Below, piece after piece: positions 20,004 to 29,822 of a stretch of DNA of 50,086 bases. Position 1 is the stretch's first letter. Every line of letters begins with the position of its first letter. A model generated the notes under the pieces. That model was not told the origin of the DNA. It did no database searches and saw nothing but the letters and a program-made list of their open reading frames with translations. The stretch covers positions 1 through 50,086 of IMG/VR virus record IMGVR_UViG_3300017747_005419; one strand, given 5' to 3'. The stretch comes from a virus. Its lineage: Duplodnaviria > Caudoviricetes. The translations under genes were made by a program, and so were the position numbers.

Positions 20004-20948
20004 ATGCCGTCGGGTTCGTTGACCCTTCTCGAAGCCGCCAAGAGTGGCTCCGACCTGCTCCACGATGGCGTCGTCGAGACGCTCATCCAAGAGAGCCCCC
20101 TGCTCGAGATGCTGCCCGTGATCACGATCAAGGGCAACGCCATCAAGCACCGCGTCGAGGGCGATCTGCCCACGCCGGCCTACCGCCAGGTGAACGCCAC
20201 CTACAGCCGCTCGTGGGGCTCGGACCTCGAGCACTTCTGGGGCGTCACGATCCTCGGTGGTGAGGTCTTCATCGACAACTTCATCATCAACACGATGGGC
20301 AACGAGTGGGACGAGAAGGCCCGCCAGTACGCCAAGTTCGCGAAGGCGATGAGCCGCACCTTCGACGCCGACTTCTTCGACGCCGACGGCACCTCGAACA
20401 AGTTCAAGGGCGTCAACCAGCTCATCACCGAGGGCTTCGGCCTCACCGTTGCGGCGAACAACAACCACGCCGACGGTGGCACCCTCACCCTCGACGACAT
20501 GGACATCGCCTTCGACCTGTTGCGCGACCAGTCGATGCCCGATGCGATCCTGTGCAACCGCACGCACCGTCGCAAGGTCACGTCGCTGGCCCGCACCGCC
20601 GTCACCGGCGTGTCGTTGATCGACGTCGGCACCGACGTGTTCGGCCGCAAGGTCAACATGTACAACGGCGTCGGCATGCGCATCATCGGCGACGACATCA
20701 ACGGCACCGCCATCCTCGGCTACGACGAGACGCGTGGCGGCTCGGCGGTGCGCTCGAGCATGTACTTCGTCGCCTTCGGCGAGGACAAGGTGTCGCTGCT
20801 CCTCGGAGCCGGCGGCTCCTTCTCGGTGCGCGACTTCGGTGAAACCGAAGCCGCCCCCGGCCACCTCGGCCGCGTCGAGTGCTACCCAGGCATCGCGATC
20901 TGGTCGCCCTACTCCATCGTGCGCCTGCAGGGCATCGCGAACGCCTGA
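20004..20948 (+). CDS. major capsid protein (HK97 fold)
   Basis: 314 aa, AGGAG RBS. LTLLEAAK...ESPLLEMLP...LP..YRQVN...FKG...TLDDMD...YNGV pattern typical of phage MCPs. Confidence 0.85.
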   Translation: MPSGSLTLLEAAKSGSDLLHDGVVETLIQESPLLEMLPVITIKGNAIKHRVEGDLPTPAYRQVNATYSRSWGSDLEHFWGVTILGGEVFIDNFIINTMGNEWDEKARQYAKFAKAMSRTFDADFFDADGTSNKFKGVNQLITEGFGLTVAANNNHADGGTLTLDDMDIAFDLLRDQSMPDAILCNRTHRRKVTSLARTAVTGVSLIDVGTDVFGRKVNMYNGVGMRIIGDDINGTAILGYDETRGGSAVRSSMYFVAFGEDKVSLLLGAGGSFSVRDFGETEAAPGHLGRVECYPGIAIWSPYSIVRLQGIANA

Positions 20949-20989
20949 GCTCTCGAGCTCCGAACACCACCTCGTAGAAGGAGAACGAA

Positions 20990-21379
20990 ATGCCAGGAAC
21001 CCTCGCATCCGACTCGCTCGCCGTCGTGCTGCACTCTGCAGCGATCACGTCGGCGACCACGACCACGGGCACCGGCCAGTACGTCGGCTGGCCCGGTGAC
21101 GTCCAGGTCGAAGCCGACCCGGGCACCATGACCGGCACCCACACCTGCGACATCGAGATCCAGGGCAGCGACGTGTCGAACTTCGGTTCGGGCGTCGTGA
21201 AGCTCGGGCGCTTCGCGCAGATCAGCCAGGCGGCGACCGCCACCCAGCGCATGAACGTGTACTGCAACAAGAAGTACATGCGTGCGGTGATCGTCACCGC
21301 CGGCACCGTGACCGCCGACAACGTCGTCGTCACCGTGCGGCCCCCGCACTACCAGCGCACGCCCGACACCACGGCGTGA
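20990..21379 (+). CDS. putative capsid cement/decoration protein
   Basis: 129 aa beta-rich ORF right after MCP, AAGGAG RBS, IEIQGSD...KYMRAV. Confidence 0.55.
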   Translation: MPGTLASDSLAVVLHSAAITSATTTTGTGQYVGWPGDVQVEADPGTMTGTHTCDIEIQGSDVSNFGSGVVKLGRFAQISQAATATQRMNVYCNKKYMRAVIVTAGTVTADNVVVTVRPPHYQRTPDTTA

Positions 21380-21609
21380 TGAACGGGGACTCGCGCACCG
21401 AGTTCCAGAAGCGTGTCGGTGTCGGAGAGCGTGCTCGGTTCGCTCTCCGACACCGCGGCACGTCCCGCGTCCGCCCGACGTTGATCGAAGAGGGCAAGCG
21501 CGCCGGCCAGGTGGGCGGTCATCACACCGACCACTGGGACGGCCGAGTCGACGCCACACCCCAGCCGCGGCCCATCCGGGTCAAGGCCTTCTCGCAGTCG
21601 GAGGACTGA
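21376..21609 (+). CDS. hypothetical protein
   Basis: Coupled 77 aa ORF filling the gap between structural genes. Confidence 0.6.
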   Translation: MMNGDSRTEFQKRVGVGERARFALRHRGTSRVRPTLIEEGKRAGQVGGHHTDHWDGRVDATPQPRPIRVKAFSQSED

Positions 21610-21612
21610 CCC

Positions 21613-22065
21613 ATGGCCATCACCGCAAGCGGCCTCTTCGTGCCCACCTTCCTCGACGTGTTCGATGCGACGCAGCTCGCACTGAACCTCGTGGGCGACA
21701 CCATCAAGGGTGCGCTCTACACCAACTCGGTCACGCCGAACTTCTCGACCGACACCGCCTACTCGTCGGCGCCGTACACGAGCAACGAGGTGACCGGCAC
21801 CGGCTACACCGCCGGTGGCGCCACGCTCGCCACGAAGAGCTTCACGGAGTCGCCCACGGGCACCCTGATGTTCGACGTGTCGACGGATCCGAACTGGACC
21901 TCGAGCACGATCACGGCGCGCGGCATGCTCGTCTACGACGACACGCTGGCGGGCAAGAACGTGATCGGCCTCGTGAACTTCGGCGCCGACTACAGCACCA
22001 CGTCGGGCACGTTCACCGTCCAGCTCGCTGCCACCGGGTTGTTCTACATCGACATCACCCCCTGA
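21613..22065 (+). CDS. virion structural protein (fibre/spike base-like)
   Basis: GGAGGA RBS. IKGALYT...NEVTGTGYTAGGATL...FGAD motif common in phage structural proteins. Confidence 0.7.
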   Translation: MAITASGLFVPTFLDVFDATQLALNLVGDTIKGALYTNSVTPNFSTDTAYSSAPYTSNEVTGTGYTAGGATLATKSFTESPTGTLMFDVSTDPNWTSSTITARGMLVYDDTLAGKNVIGLVNFGADYSTTSGTFTVQLAATGLFYIDITP

Positions 22066-22068
22066 GCC

Positions 22069-22770
22069 ATGGCGCTCTCGAGGACGAACCGGGGCACGAA
22101 GTCGTTGTCGCTGGCCGTGCAGGCCACCGACACGCTCGTCTCCGATTCGTTCTCGCCCGCCGCCGGCTCGCTGCTGGTGGTGTTGTTCGACGAGTACACG
22201 CGCGATGCGACGCCGTCGCTCACGATGTCGTCGACCTTCAGTGGGCAGGGGGCATGGACCACCTACAGCTTCACCGCCACCGACGACGGCTTCGGCAACT
22301 TCTTCGTCGGGCGCATCGCCGTCTCGGTATGTGGGGCGTCGCCTGGCACTGGCACCGTCACCTGCACGCGGCGCGCCGGCAGCGTTTCGATGAGCATGTT
22401 CGCCGAGTTCATCGAGGTGTCGGGCCAGAACGCAGTGGCGCAGTCGAAGACGAACGTGGGCACGGGTTCGACGCTGGCGCTGAACTTCGATAGCGCACCG
22501 GCGGCGAGCTCGATGGTGTTCGCCTCGTGCATCGATGGCGGCTCTGGCGCCATCGATGTGCCGAGCGGGTTCACGATGCTCGGTGCGTTCGCACTCGACA
22601 CCTCGTGGCGCGTCGAGCACGCCGAGGATCTGGCCTCGGCGGCGCAGAACAACTCGTGGTCGAACCTCGGGTCGTTCAACAACGGTGCGGTCGGCATCGA
22701 GATCAGTGAGCAGTCGGGCTATCCGATCACCAAGCGGTGGGGCGGCGTAACAGGCAAAGGACGTTGGTGA
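22069..22770 (+). CDS. minor virion/fibre protein
   Basis: Ser/Thr/Gly-rich beta protein. SFSPAAGSLLVV resembles SFTPAANSLLVV in 23282-24964. Confidence 0.65.
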   Translation: MALSRTNRGTKSLSLAVQATDTLVSDSFSPAAGSLLVVLFDEYTRDATPSLTMSSTFSGQGAWTTYSFTATDDGFGNFFVGRIAVSVCGASPGTGTVTCTRRAGSVSMSMFAEFIEVSGQNAVAQSKTNVGTGSTLALNFDSAPAASSMVFASCIDGGSGAIDVPSGFTMLGAFALDTSWRVEHAEDLASAAQNNSWSNLGSFNNGAVGIEISEQSGYPITKRWGGVTGKGRW

Positions 22771-22771
22771 C

Positions 22772-23278
22772 ATGGCAGCTTCAGACGCACAGCCGATGCC
22801 GGTGCGCAACCGCGCCTATCGCGAGACGTTCCCGATGTTCACCTCGGCCGGCGCACTCGTCACCACGGGCACGATGACGGTGACGATCTCGAAGGACGCC
22901 GGCACGTTCGGCAACCCTTCGGCCGGCGCGACGACGGCCACGCAGATCGCCACCTCGAGCGGCGTGTGGTACGTCGATCTCAGCTCGACCGACATGAACT
23001 GCGAGACGTTGGTGATCAAGTGCACCGACGGCACGAACCCGCCGACGATCATCGTCATCAAGCCCTACGAGATCAAGCAGCTGTCGGGCGTGCCCGGGTT
23101 CAGCGACGGCTTCAACGGCATCGAGGAGCTCCTCTCGCACCTGCTGGCCATGTCGCGCAACAAGATGCTGACCACGTCCTCGAGCGTGACGCTCTACCAG
23201 GACGACGGCACGACCGTGCAGGCGTCGCACACCCACTCCGACGATGGGACGACCTACACCCGTAACGAACTGGCGTAG
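22772..23278 (+). CDS. virion structural protein
   Basis: 168 aa, TISKDAG...GVWYVDL...VTLYQDDGTT; lies in the structural block. Confidence 0.65.
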   Translation: MAASDAQPMPVRNRAYRETFPMFTSAGALVTTGTMTVTISKDAGTFGNPSAGATTATQIATSSGVWYVDLSSTDMNCETLVIKCTDGTNPPTIIVIKPYEIKQLSGVPGFSDGFNGIEELLSHLLAMSRNKMLTTSSSVTLYQDDGTTVQASHTHSDDGTTYTRNELA

Positions 23279-23281
23279 GCC

Positions 23282-24964
23282 ATGGCCTTCGCCGTCACCC
23301 ACCGCGCCACTTCGACGGGCGGCACCACCGATGCGGCGACGCGTGCATCGGCGTCGTTCACGCCGGCAGCCAACTCGCTGCTGGTCGTGTTCGCACAGGT
23401 CGAGGGCAACGCTGCGGGCACCGCCGAGGTGCCCTCGTGGTCGATCTCGAACACCGGTGGCCTGACCTTCACGAAGCGGGTCGAGTCACCGTCGCTCAGC
23501 GCCGCGTACTACGGCACGATCGTGTGCTGGACCGCTCAGGTGGGCGGCAGCCCGTCGGCGATGACGGTGACCGTCGACCCCTACTCGGGCTCGAGCACCG
23601 GCTGGATCTCGATGTCGGTCTTCGACGTCACCGGCCACGACACCACGACCCCGATCGTGCAGTCCGCCGCCGAGAACGAGGACAACAACTACGCCACGCC
23701 GGGCACCAACATCTCGCGCACCACCACGGTGACGCTCGGCAGTGCGGCGGACACCGACAACCTGCTCCTCGCCGGCTTCGCCGGCACGTCCGATGCGGGC
23801 TCGATCCCGTCGACGCCGACGTCGTTCACGAGCATCGGTTCAGCGGCCGGCCCCTACGAGTCGATCCGCACCGCCTACCGCACGAGCACCACCCAGACGA
23901 CGGTGGCTTCGACGGCGACGTGCTACTTCAACTTCGGCGCCGTCGTCGAGATCGCTGCGGCCGGTGGCGGCTCCGACGCCACGGTGAGTGCGGCGGCGAT
24001 CGCCGCCACGGCCTCGGTGCCCACGCCGACGATCACGCGCACCGCCACGGTCGCTGCCACGGCGATCGCTGCGACCGCCGCCCTCCCGGCGCCGACGATC
24101 GTGCGCAGTGCCACGGTGCCAGCTGCGGCCATCGCAGCCACCGCTGCGGTGCCGACCCCGACCATCGTCCGCTCGGCCACCGTGGTGGCCACGGCGATCG
24201 CTGCGGTGGCGGGCGTTCCCACGCCCACCATCGCGCGCTCAGCTACCGTCGCTGCGGCAGCCATCGCAGCGACGGCCTCGGTCCCCACCCCCACCGTCAC
24301 GGTGGGCGGGGATGCCACGGTGAGTGCTGCAGCGATCGCCGCGACGGCGGGGGTGCCAACCCCGACCGTGACCCGCTCTGCGACGGTCACCGTCGCTGCG
24401 GTGGCTGCCACCGCTGCCGTGCCGGCCCCGACGGTCACCAGGAGCGCCACGGTGGCCGCTGCTGCGATCGCAGCGACCGCTGGGGTACCTACACCCACCA
24501 TCGTGCGCACGAGCCCGTTCCGGGCCTCTGTGTCGGGCCGGATGATGCCGACCGGCCTCACCAACCGCGCCACCCGGCAGATGCATGCAGGGCGCATCTA
24601 CCTCAGCTTGGGGAATGCGGTCGTCACCCCGGCCGCGATCGCTGCCACAGTTGGGGTACCCGCCCCGACGATCACCCGCTCGGCCACCGTCACCGTGGTG
24701 GCCATCGCCGCCGTCGTCACCGTGCCGGCACCCACCGTCGACGTCCCTTCGCCGAGCGCCACCGTCGTCGTGCAGGCCATCGCCTGCACCGTCGGCTTCG
24801 GCGCCACCGTCGACATCCCGACCACCGTGGTGGTCGAAGCGATCGCTGCCATCGCCGGGTTCCCGACGTTGCCGCGCATCCAGGCGCTGCGGCGCCAAGA
24901 CTGGACCCGCCTTCGCGTCAACACCGACGCCACACTCCCCGAGGTGCGCCACCGTGGCCGTTGA
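23282..24964 (+). CDS. fibre protein with ~22-aa Ala/Thr/Val/Pro repeats
   Basis: Beta-rich N-domain followed by repeats ATVxAxAIAATAxVPTPTIxRS. Confidence 0.7.
   Translation: MAFAVTHRATSTGGTTDAATRASASFTPAANSLLVVFAQVEGNAAGTAEVPSWSISNTGGLTFTKRVESPSLSAAYYGTIVCWTAQVGGSPSAMTVTVDPYSGSSTGWISMSVFDVTGHDTTTPIVQSAAENEDNNYATPGTNISRTTTVTLGSAADTDNLLLAGFAGTSDAGSIPSTPTSFTSIGSAAGPYESIRTAYRTSTTQTTVASTATCYFNFGAVVEIAAAGGGSDATVSAAAIAATASVPTPTITRTATVAATAIAATAALPAPTIVRSATVPAAAIAATAAVPTPTIVRSATVVATAIAAVAGVPTPTIARSATVAAAAIAATASVPTPTVTVGGDATVSAAAIAATAGVPTPTVTRSATVTVAAVAATAAVPAPTVTRSATVAAAAIAATAGVPTPTIVRTSPFRASVSGRMMPTGLTNRATRQMHAGRIYLSLGNAVVTPAAIAATVGVPAPTITRSATVTVVAIAAVVTVPAPTVDVPSPSATVVVQAIACTVGFGATVDIPTTVVVEAIAAIAGFPTLPRIQALRRQDWTRLRVNTDATLPEVRHRGR
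23978..24870 (+). repeat. degenerate in-frame tandem repeat (~66 bp)
   Basis: About a dozen copies of the ATV..AIAA.A.VP.PT unit, interrupted once near 24510-24615. Confidence 0.75.
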
Positions 24965-27900
24965 TTTCGCGACCCTCTTCCAGACCTTCTACCCGCCGGG
25001 CCCCGGCCGGCAGTACGTGAACCCTTCGACGGGCAGCGACTCGAACGCCGGCACGGCCGGGTCACCGAAGCGCACCATCAGCGCAGCCCAGTCCGCCCTC
25101 GGGTCGGCCGGCGGCATCGTGTGGTGCGCCGACGGGGTGTACCCGTCGGGTCAGGTCATCTCGGGCACCTACGCACTGAACTCGCGCCTGCTCGTGATGG
25201 CCCAGAACATCGAAGGCGCAACGATCGTCTGCAACAGCAACGACGGCATCGCCATCAGCGGCCGAGGCATCGGGGTCTACGGGTTCCACATCACCGGCAA
25301 CGGCGACACCGGCTCGTTCGTGTACCAGAAGTGCATCCTGATCTACGGCGGCGCCACCTACGTGTCGGTGTGGAAGAACTACTGCTTGAAAGGCTGCGAG
25401 GCAGGCATCGGCGTGCCGTCGCAGAACCTCGTCAGCGACTACATCGACATTTGCTACAACACCGTCGAAGAGTGCGGGCGTTGGTTCTTCAACGCGGGCT
25501 CGGGCATTTCGATGTACGAGTGCCGCCAGGCCGACAACAACCCGGGCCCGCACATCAACGTCATCGGGAACCGCTGCTTCCACAACTACAACAACACGAG
25601 CACGGCCAACACCGACGGCAACGGCATCATCATCGACGACTTCTTCAACAGCCAGAACGGCTACAGCAACGACCACCGTGGGCTCGTCGTGGTGGCCGGC
25701 AACCTGTGCGTCGACAACGGCGGGCGCGGCACGCACAGCCCGTGGTCGACGAACGTGTGGCATGCGTTCAACACCTGTGCCGACAACATGTGGCAGGTCG
25801 AGCCGGGCTCGCGCGGCGGCGAGTGCGCCGTCGGCGGCAGCCTCAGCAAGCTGAACTGCAACGTCATCTGCCCCGACTCGGGGCGCTATGCGAACGGCCA
25901 GATCGTCTCGTCGTACTTCCACACCTCGTCCGACTTCGGTGGGCGCTTCATCGGCTCCTACGTCGGCGACAACACCGCACTCGCCGGCTCGTACTTCGGC
26001 AGCAACGACGGGTCGGTGCGCAACCGCACCGGTGAAGGCAAGAACTACTTCAAGGACACGACGCCGACGCTCGCACCGCGCACGCTCGAGCTCGCCGACC
26101 AGTGGCGCCCCGAGGGCGGCAGCGGCGCCGTCGAGACGACGGTGCTCACCCAGGCCGAGTACGACATCTTGTCGCGCTGGCCCGACATGTTCGGCGACTA
26201 CCGCCCGGCGCGCACCACCGGGTGGGCGCACGGCTTCGCCGAGCCTTCGGCGACGACACCGCCGACAGGCTCGCACCCCTACACCGGCCCCGGCTCGGGT
26301 GCCGGTTCCGTCGTGTCGAGCTCGAGTGGTGGCACCGGCTACGGCGGCACCATCACCAACGTCATCTACCGCATGCTCGGCATTGACGGCACGGTGATCA
26401 ACGCACGCGCCGTCATCATCGTGCCGGGTGGTTCGGCGCCGGCGAACGGTCGCAACGTGATCGCGATCTGCCACGCCGCCGACGGCCTCGAGTCGGGCGG
26501 CGGGATCCAGGCCGACTCGGTCGGCGGTGACATCTCGACGTTGATCTCGTCGGGCTACGTGGTGGTGTGCGTCGACAACGAAGGGCTTAACGACTCGTCG
26601 ACCGGCAACACGAAGCCGAACCCGTACATCAACCGCAACAGTGCGGGCCGCGGCGTCATCGATGCGGTGCGCGCCACCGCCTCGCTCACGTCGATCTCGG
26701 GCCACGTCGCTGCGTGGGGCTGGAGCCAGGGTGGTGCCACCGCTCTCGCTGCAGGCGAGCTCCACAAGCAGGGCTACGGCGACCTGCACAACATGCTCGC
26801 CGTCGCTGTCGACGCCGTGCACCCCGAGAACTTCGTGTCGGGGTACTACAACCAGGGCTGGGCTGCGGGCTACTGCCAGGGCATCTGCATGGGCGCCTGG
26901 TACGAGGGCCGCACACTGAACCTCGCGAGCATCTTCAACGGTTCGATCGCGAGCAACATCAGCGCCGGCATCTACGACAACTTCGACGTCGAGTCGCTGC
27001 CCGGCGGGTTCATCACGAACCCGACGAGCGTGACGGCGTGGGCGACGGCGCTGCGCACCAACTCGTTCGGCTACGTGCGGTCGTCGAAGGTGCTGCTGAT
27101 GCCGGCGAGCGCCGGCATCGACGGCGGCTACGTGGCCAACGACGCCTACTACAACCGGGCGGTCGCAGCGGGCACGAGCATCGATCGCACCAACGTGTCG
27201 GCGGACCACTCGGGTGCGCCGGCCGCTGCAGCGTCGACGGCGCGCGCCTGGATCGCAGCGAACATCGACGCCGAGGATCTCTCGAGCGGCAGCGTCGCAC
27301 CGACGGCGAGCTTCACCTACTCGCCGAGCTCGATCACCGTCGGCCAGGCCGTCACCTTCTCCGACGCCTCGGCCGGTGTGCCGACGTCGTGGGAGTGGGC
27401 GTTCGGCGACGGGACGGGCGTCGACCTCCCCGAGCCAGGGCTCAACTCGGCCGGCCACTTCAGTGGCCGCATCCTGCGCGACGGTCAACCCCTCGAAGGG
27501 GTGGTCGTCAAGGCGGTGAACATCCTCTGCAGCGGCTGGCCGCGCATCCCGGTGCTCGACACCCTCGGTGGCGCCGACGGCACCGAGGTGATGATCGACA
27601 CCACCGACGTCAACGGCGACTGGTCGATCACCGGGCTCGATTCCGGCAAGGACTACATGCTGAAGATTTTCCCGCCGTCGTTGTGCGACGCCTACGGCGA
27701 GATGTCGAACCCGGTGTACATCACGAGCGAAGCGGGCTACGTCAACGACAGCGGCAACCCGTTCATGAGCACGCGCGCCGCCCCGGGCTCCGACACGTAT
27801 GCGGTCTACGGTGCGGGCCGCTACCTGTTCGACATGCCGGTGCACGTCTTCCCGGCGGTCGGCGGGGCACTCGACGGTGCCTCTGGGTACAGCGACCTCA

Positions 27901-28901
27901 ACGTGCTCTTCTACACGCGCGAGGGTTCGTTCCCCACGAGCAACGGCACCCACAGCGGGTGCACCTCGGGGGCTGGGCCGACCGGGTCGACCTTGCAGAA
28001 CCCGACCCACACCTACACCGCTCCGGGCACCTACGTGGTGCAGCTGACGGCGACGAACGCCGTCGGCTCGTCGACGAGCTCGCAGACGGTCACCGTCACC
28101 GCCCAGCCGACCGGCGGTGGCCTCACGCTGCAAGCCGAGGACGCCTCGCTCACCACCGCCTACCCGGGCGACCCCTACGCCATCCACATCGTGGCCGAGA
28201 ACCCGGGCTACACCGGCACGGGCTACGCCGGCTACCACGGCCAGACCGGCGAGAAGCTGACGTGGTCGTTCACCGCACCGAACGGTGCGGGCACCTATGC
28301 GATCACGTTCCGCTACCGCTGCATCGAAGCGGTGACGCGCACCGTGTGGGTGAACGGCACCAGCCAGGGCACCCTGTCGCTGCCGGCGTCGGCGTCAGCG
28401 TTCACCCAGAACAGCTGGGGCACGAGCGTCACGATCACCGTGGCACTCTCGGCCGGGGCGAACACGCTCGAGCTGCGCCACGCAGGCGCCAACTTCTCGG
28501 GCTACCTCGACGTCGACTCGGTGAGCCTCACCGGTGGCGGCACTGCGGCCACCGTGGTGGCCACCGCCATCGGTGCCGTGGCCGCACTGCCCGGCGTGTC
28601 GATCGGTACCGCCACCGTCGTCGACGCCCGACCCACCCCGCCGAGCATCGCCTGCGCCGTCGGGGCGCATTCGCTCGTCGGCTTCCAGGCGACGGCCACC
28701 GTCACCCCGGCGGCGATCGCAGCGACCGCCGGCATCGACAACACCGGGCTCTACGGCGACATCCCGATCATCCACGTCACCATCGAAGCGCAGAGCATCG
28801 CAGCGCGGGCAGGCTTCCCTGCGGCCGACATCGAAGCGATGCGCCTCCTCGCCGGCCGCTACCGGCTCCTCGGCAACACCCGTCAACGGACCACAGGATG
28901 A
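24954..28901 (+). CDS. multi-domain fibre/receptor-binding protein: beta-helix + secretory-lipase-type hydrolase + split PKD + CBM35/CBM6-like + AIAA repeats
   Basis: GTG at 24954 with GAGGTG RBS. YVNPSTGSDSNAGT..P.RTI, DGNGIIID (beta-helix); GYVVVCVDNEGL, GWSQGG (hydrolase); WAFGDG and QNPTHTY (PKD); QAEDA...GYTGTGY...LDVDSV (CBM). Confidence 0.8.
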   Translation: MAVDFATLFQTFYPPGPGRQYVNPSTGSDSNAGTAGSPKRTISAAQSALGSAGGIVWCADGVYPSGQVISGTYALNSRLLVMAQNIEGATIVCNSNDGIAISGRGIGVYGFHITGNGDTGSFVYQKCILIYGGATYVSVWKNYCLKGCEAGIGVPSQNLVSDYIDICYNTVEECGRWFFNAGSGISMYECRQADNNPGPHINVIGNRCFHNYNNTSTANTDGNGIIIDDFFNSQNGYSNDHRGLVVVAGNLCVDNGGRGTHSPWSTNVWHAFNTCADNMWQVEPGSRGGECAVGGSLSKLNCNVICPDSGRYANGQIVSSYFHTSSDFGGRFIGSYVGDNTALAGSYFGSNDGSVRNRTGEGKNYFKDTTPTLAPRTLELADQWRPEGGSGAVETTVLTQAEYDILSRWPDMFGDYRPARTTGWAHGFAEPSATTPPTGSHPYTGPGSGAGSVVSSSSGGTGYGGTITNVIYRMLGIDGTVINARAVIIVPGGSAPANGRNVIAICHAADGLESGGGIQADSVGGDISTLISSGYVVVCVDNEGLNDSSTGNTKPNPYINRNSAGRGVIDAVRATASLTSISGHVAAWGWSQGGATALAAGELHKQGYGDLHNMLAVAVDAVHPENFVSGYYNQGWAAGYCQGICMGAWYEGRTLNLASIFNGSIASNISAGIYDNFDVESLPGGFITNPTSVTAWATALRTNSFGYVRSSKVLLMPASAGIDGGYVANDAYYNRAVAAGTSIDRTNVSADHSGAPAAAASTARAWIAANIDAEDLSSGSVAPTASFTYSPSSITVGQAVTFSDASAGVPTSWEWAFGDGTGVDLPEPGLNSAGHFSGRILRDGQPLEGVVVKAVNILCSGWPRIPVLDTLGGADGTEVMIDTTDVNGDWSITGLDSGKDYMLKIFPPSLCDAYGEMSNPVYITSEAGYVNDSGNPFMSTRAAPGSDTYAVYGAGRYLFDMPVHVFPAVGGALDGASGYSDLNVLFYTREGSFPTSNGTHSGCTSGAGPTGSTLQNPTHTYTAPGTYVVQLTATNAVGSSTSSQTVTVTAQPTGGGLTLQAEDASLTTAYPGDPYAIHIVAENPGYTGTGYAGYHGQTGEKLTWSFTAPNGAGTYAITFRYRCIEAVTRTVWVNGTSQGTLSLPASASAFTQNSWGTSVTITVALSAGANTLELRHAGANFSGYLDVDSVSLTGGGTAATVVATAIGAVAALPGVSIGTATVVDARPTPPSIACAVGAHSLVGFQATATVTPAAIAATAGIDNTGLYGDIPIIHVTIEAQSIAARAGFPAADIEAMRLLAGRYRLLGNTRQRTTG

Positions 28902-28905
28902 CCCC

Positions 28906-29817
28906 ATGACAACCTCCACCCTGGTCCTGCGGGATCTGATCGACCAGACCCTCGACGAGCTCTACTACGAGCTCGAGAAGCCACGCCCGACGGCGCTCGG
29001 CGTGGCCGTCGACGACAGCCAGACGTCGCTCACCCTCGTCGGCCACGAGCTCGTCGCGGTGTCCGACCTCATCGAGGTCGGCACCGAGCTGATGGCGGTC
29101 ACGGCGAAGACGTCCGATGCGAACCCGACGTTCACGGTGATCCGTGGCTACTCGTCGACGACCCCTGCAGCGCACGCCACCACCGACGTGGTGCTCGTCA
29201 ACCCGTACTGGACGCGCTCGCTCGCGACGCGTGCACTGCAGCAGTTCTTCACCGGGCCGGCGCCCGTGCACCTCCCGCTGATCCGCTCCGAGGTGATGAA
29301 CACCGACCAGTCCTCGGCCGGCGTCAGCCAGCAGCTCATCCCCCTCGACCCGGACGTGATGCGTGTGCTGTCGGTGCGCTACCAGTCGCCCACGTCGGGG
29401 CGCATCGTCGACATCCCCGGGTGGCGCTTCGAGGACAACCTCCCGACGGCGGTGACGAGCTCGGGCATGGGCCTGCGTGTCGGTGCTGCCATCAGCTCCA
29501 CCGACGACCTCCTGGTGGCCATGACGTGCCGCTACGCCTGGACCGGCGACGGTGAGGCGGCAACGATCCAGATCCCGGCCGGGGCTGAGGACATCCCGCC
29601 CATGTATGCCGCAGCGCGACTGCTGTCGGGCCGCGAGGTGTCACGCCTCGAGCTCGACCGGCTCGTCGAGTCGGGCGGCGAGCAGGGCGCCCGCCAGGGC
29701 TCCAACATCGGCCTCGTCCGCCTGCGCTGGCAAGAGGTCTACCGTCGCATCGACGAAGCCAAGCGCACCATCACCGTTCCCCGACCCATCGTCTACCGAC
29801 GTTTCCAGCGAGGCTGA
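28906..29817 (+). CDS. putative head-tail adaptor protein
   Basis: ATG at 28906 with AGGA RBS. Helical N-terminus (LRDLIDQTL), EVGTELM...RGY..T..AAH insert; position upstream of tail genes. Confidence 0.5.
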   Translation: MTTSTLVLRDLIDQTLDELYYELEKPRPTALGVAVDDSQTSLTLVGHELVAVSDLIEVGTELMAVTAKTSDANPTFTVIRGYSSTTPAAHATTDVVLVNPYWTRSLATRALQQFFTGPAPVHLPLIRSEVMNTDQSSAGVSQQLIPLDPDVMRVLSVRYQSPTSGRIVDIPGWRFEDNLPTAVTSSGMGLRVGAAISSTDDLLVAMTCRYAWTGDGEAATIQIPAGAEDIPPMYAAARLLSGREVSRLELDRLVESGGEQGARQGSNIGLVRLRWQEVYRRIDEAKRTITVPRPIVYRRFQRG

Positions 29818-29822
29818 TCACC

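Noticed and set aside
24581-24590. ATGCATGCAG identical to the capsid-promoter half-site inside a fibre gene
   Set aside because: Single half-site in coding sequence with no dyad partner; chance occurrence cannot be excluded.
27414-27986. Insert in the PKD domain as an intein or intron
   Set aside because: No N-terminal Cys/Ser block or terminal His-Asn; it reads as an Ig/prealbumin-like domain with the frame preserved.
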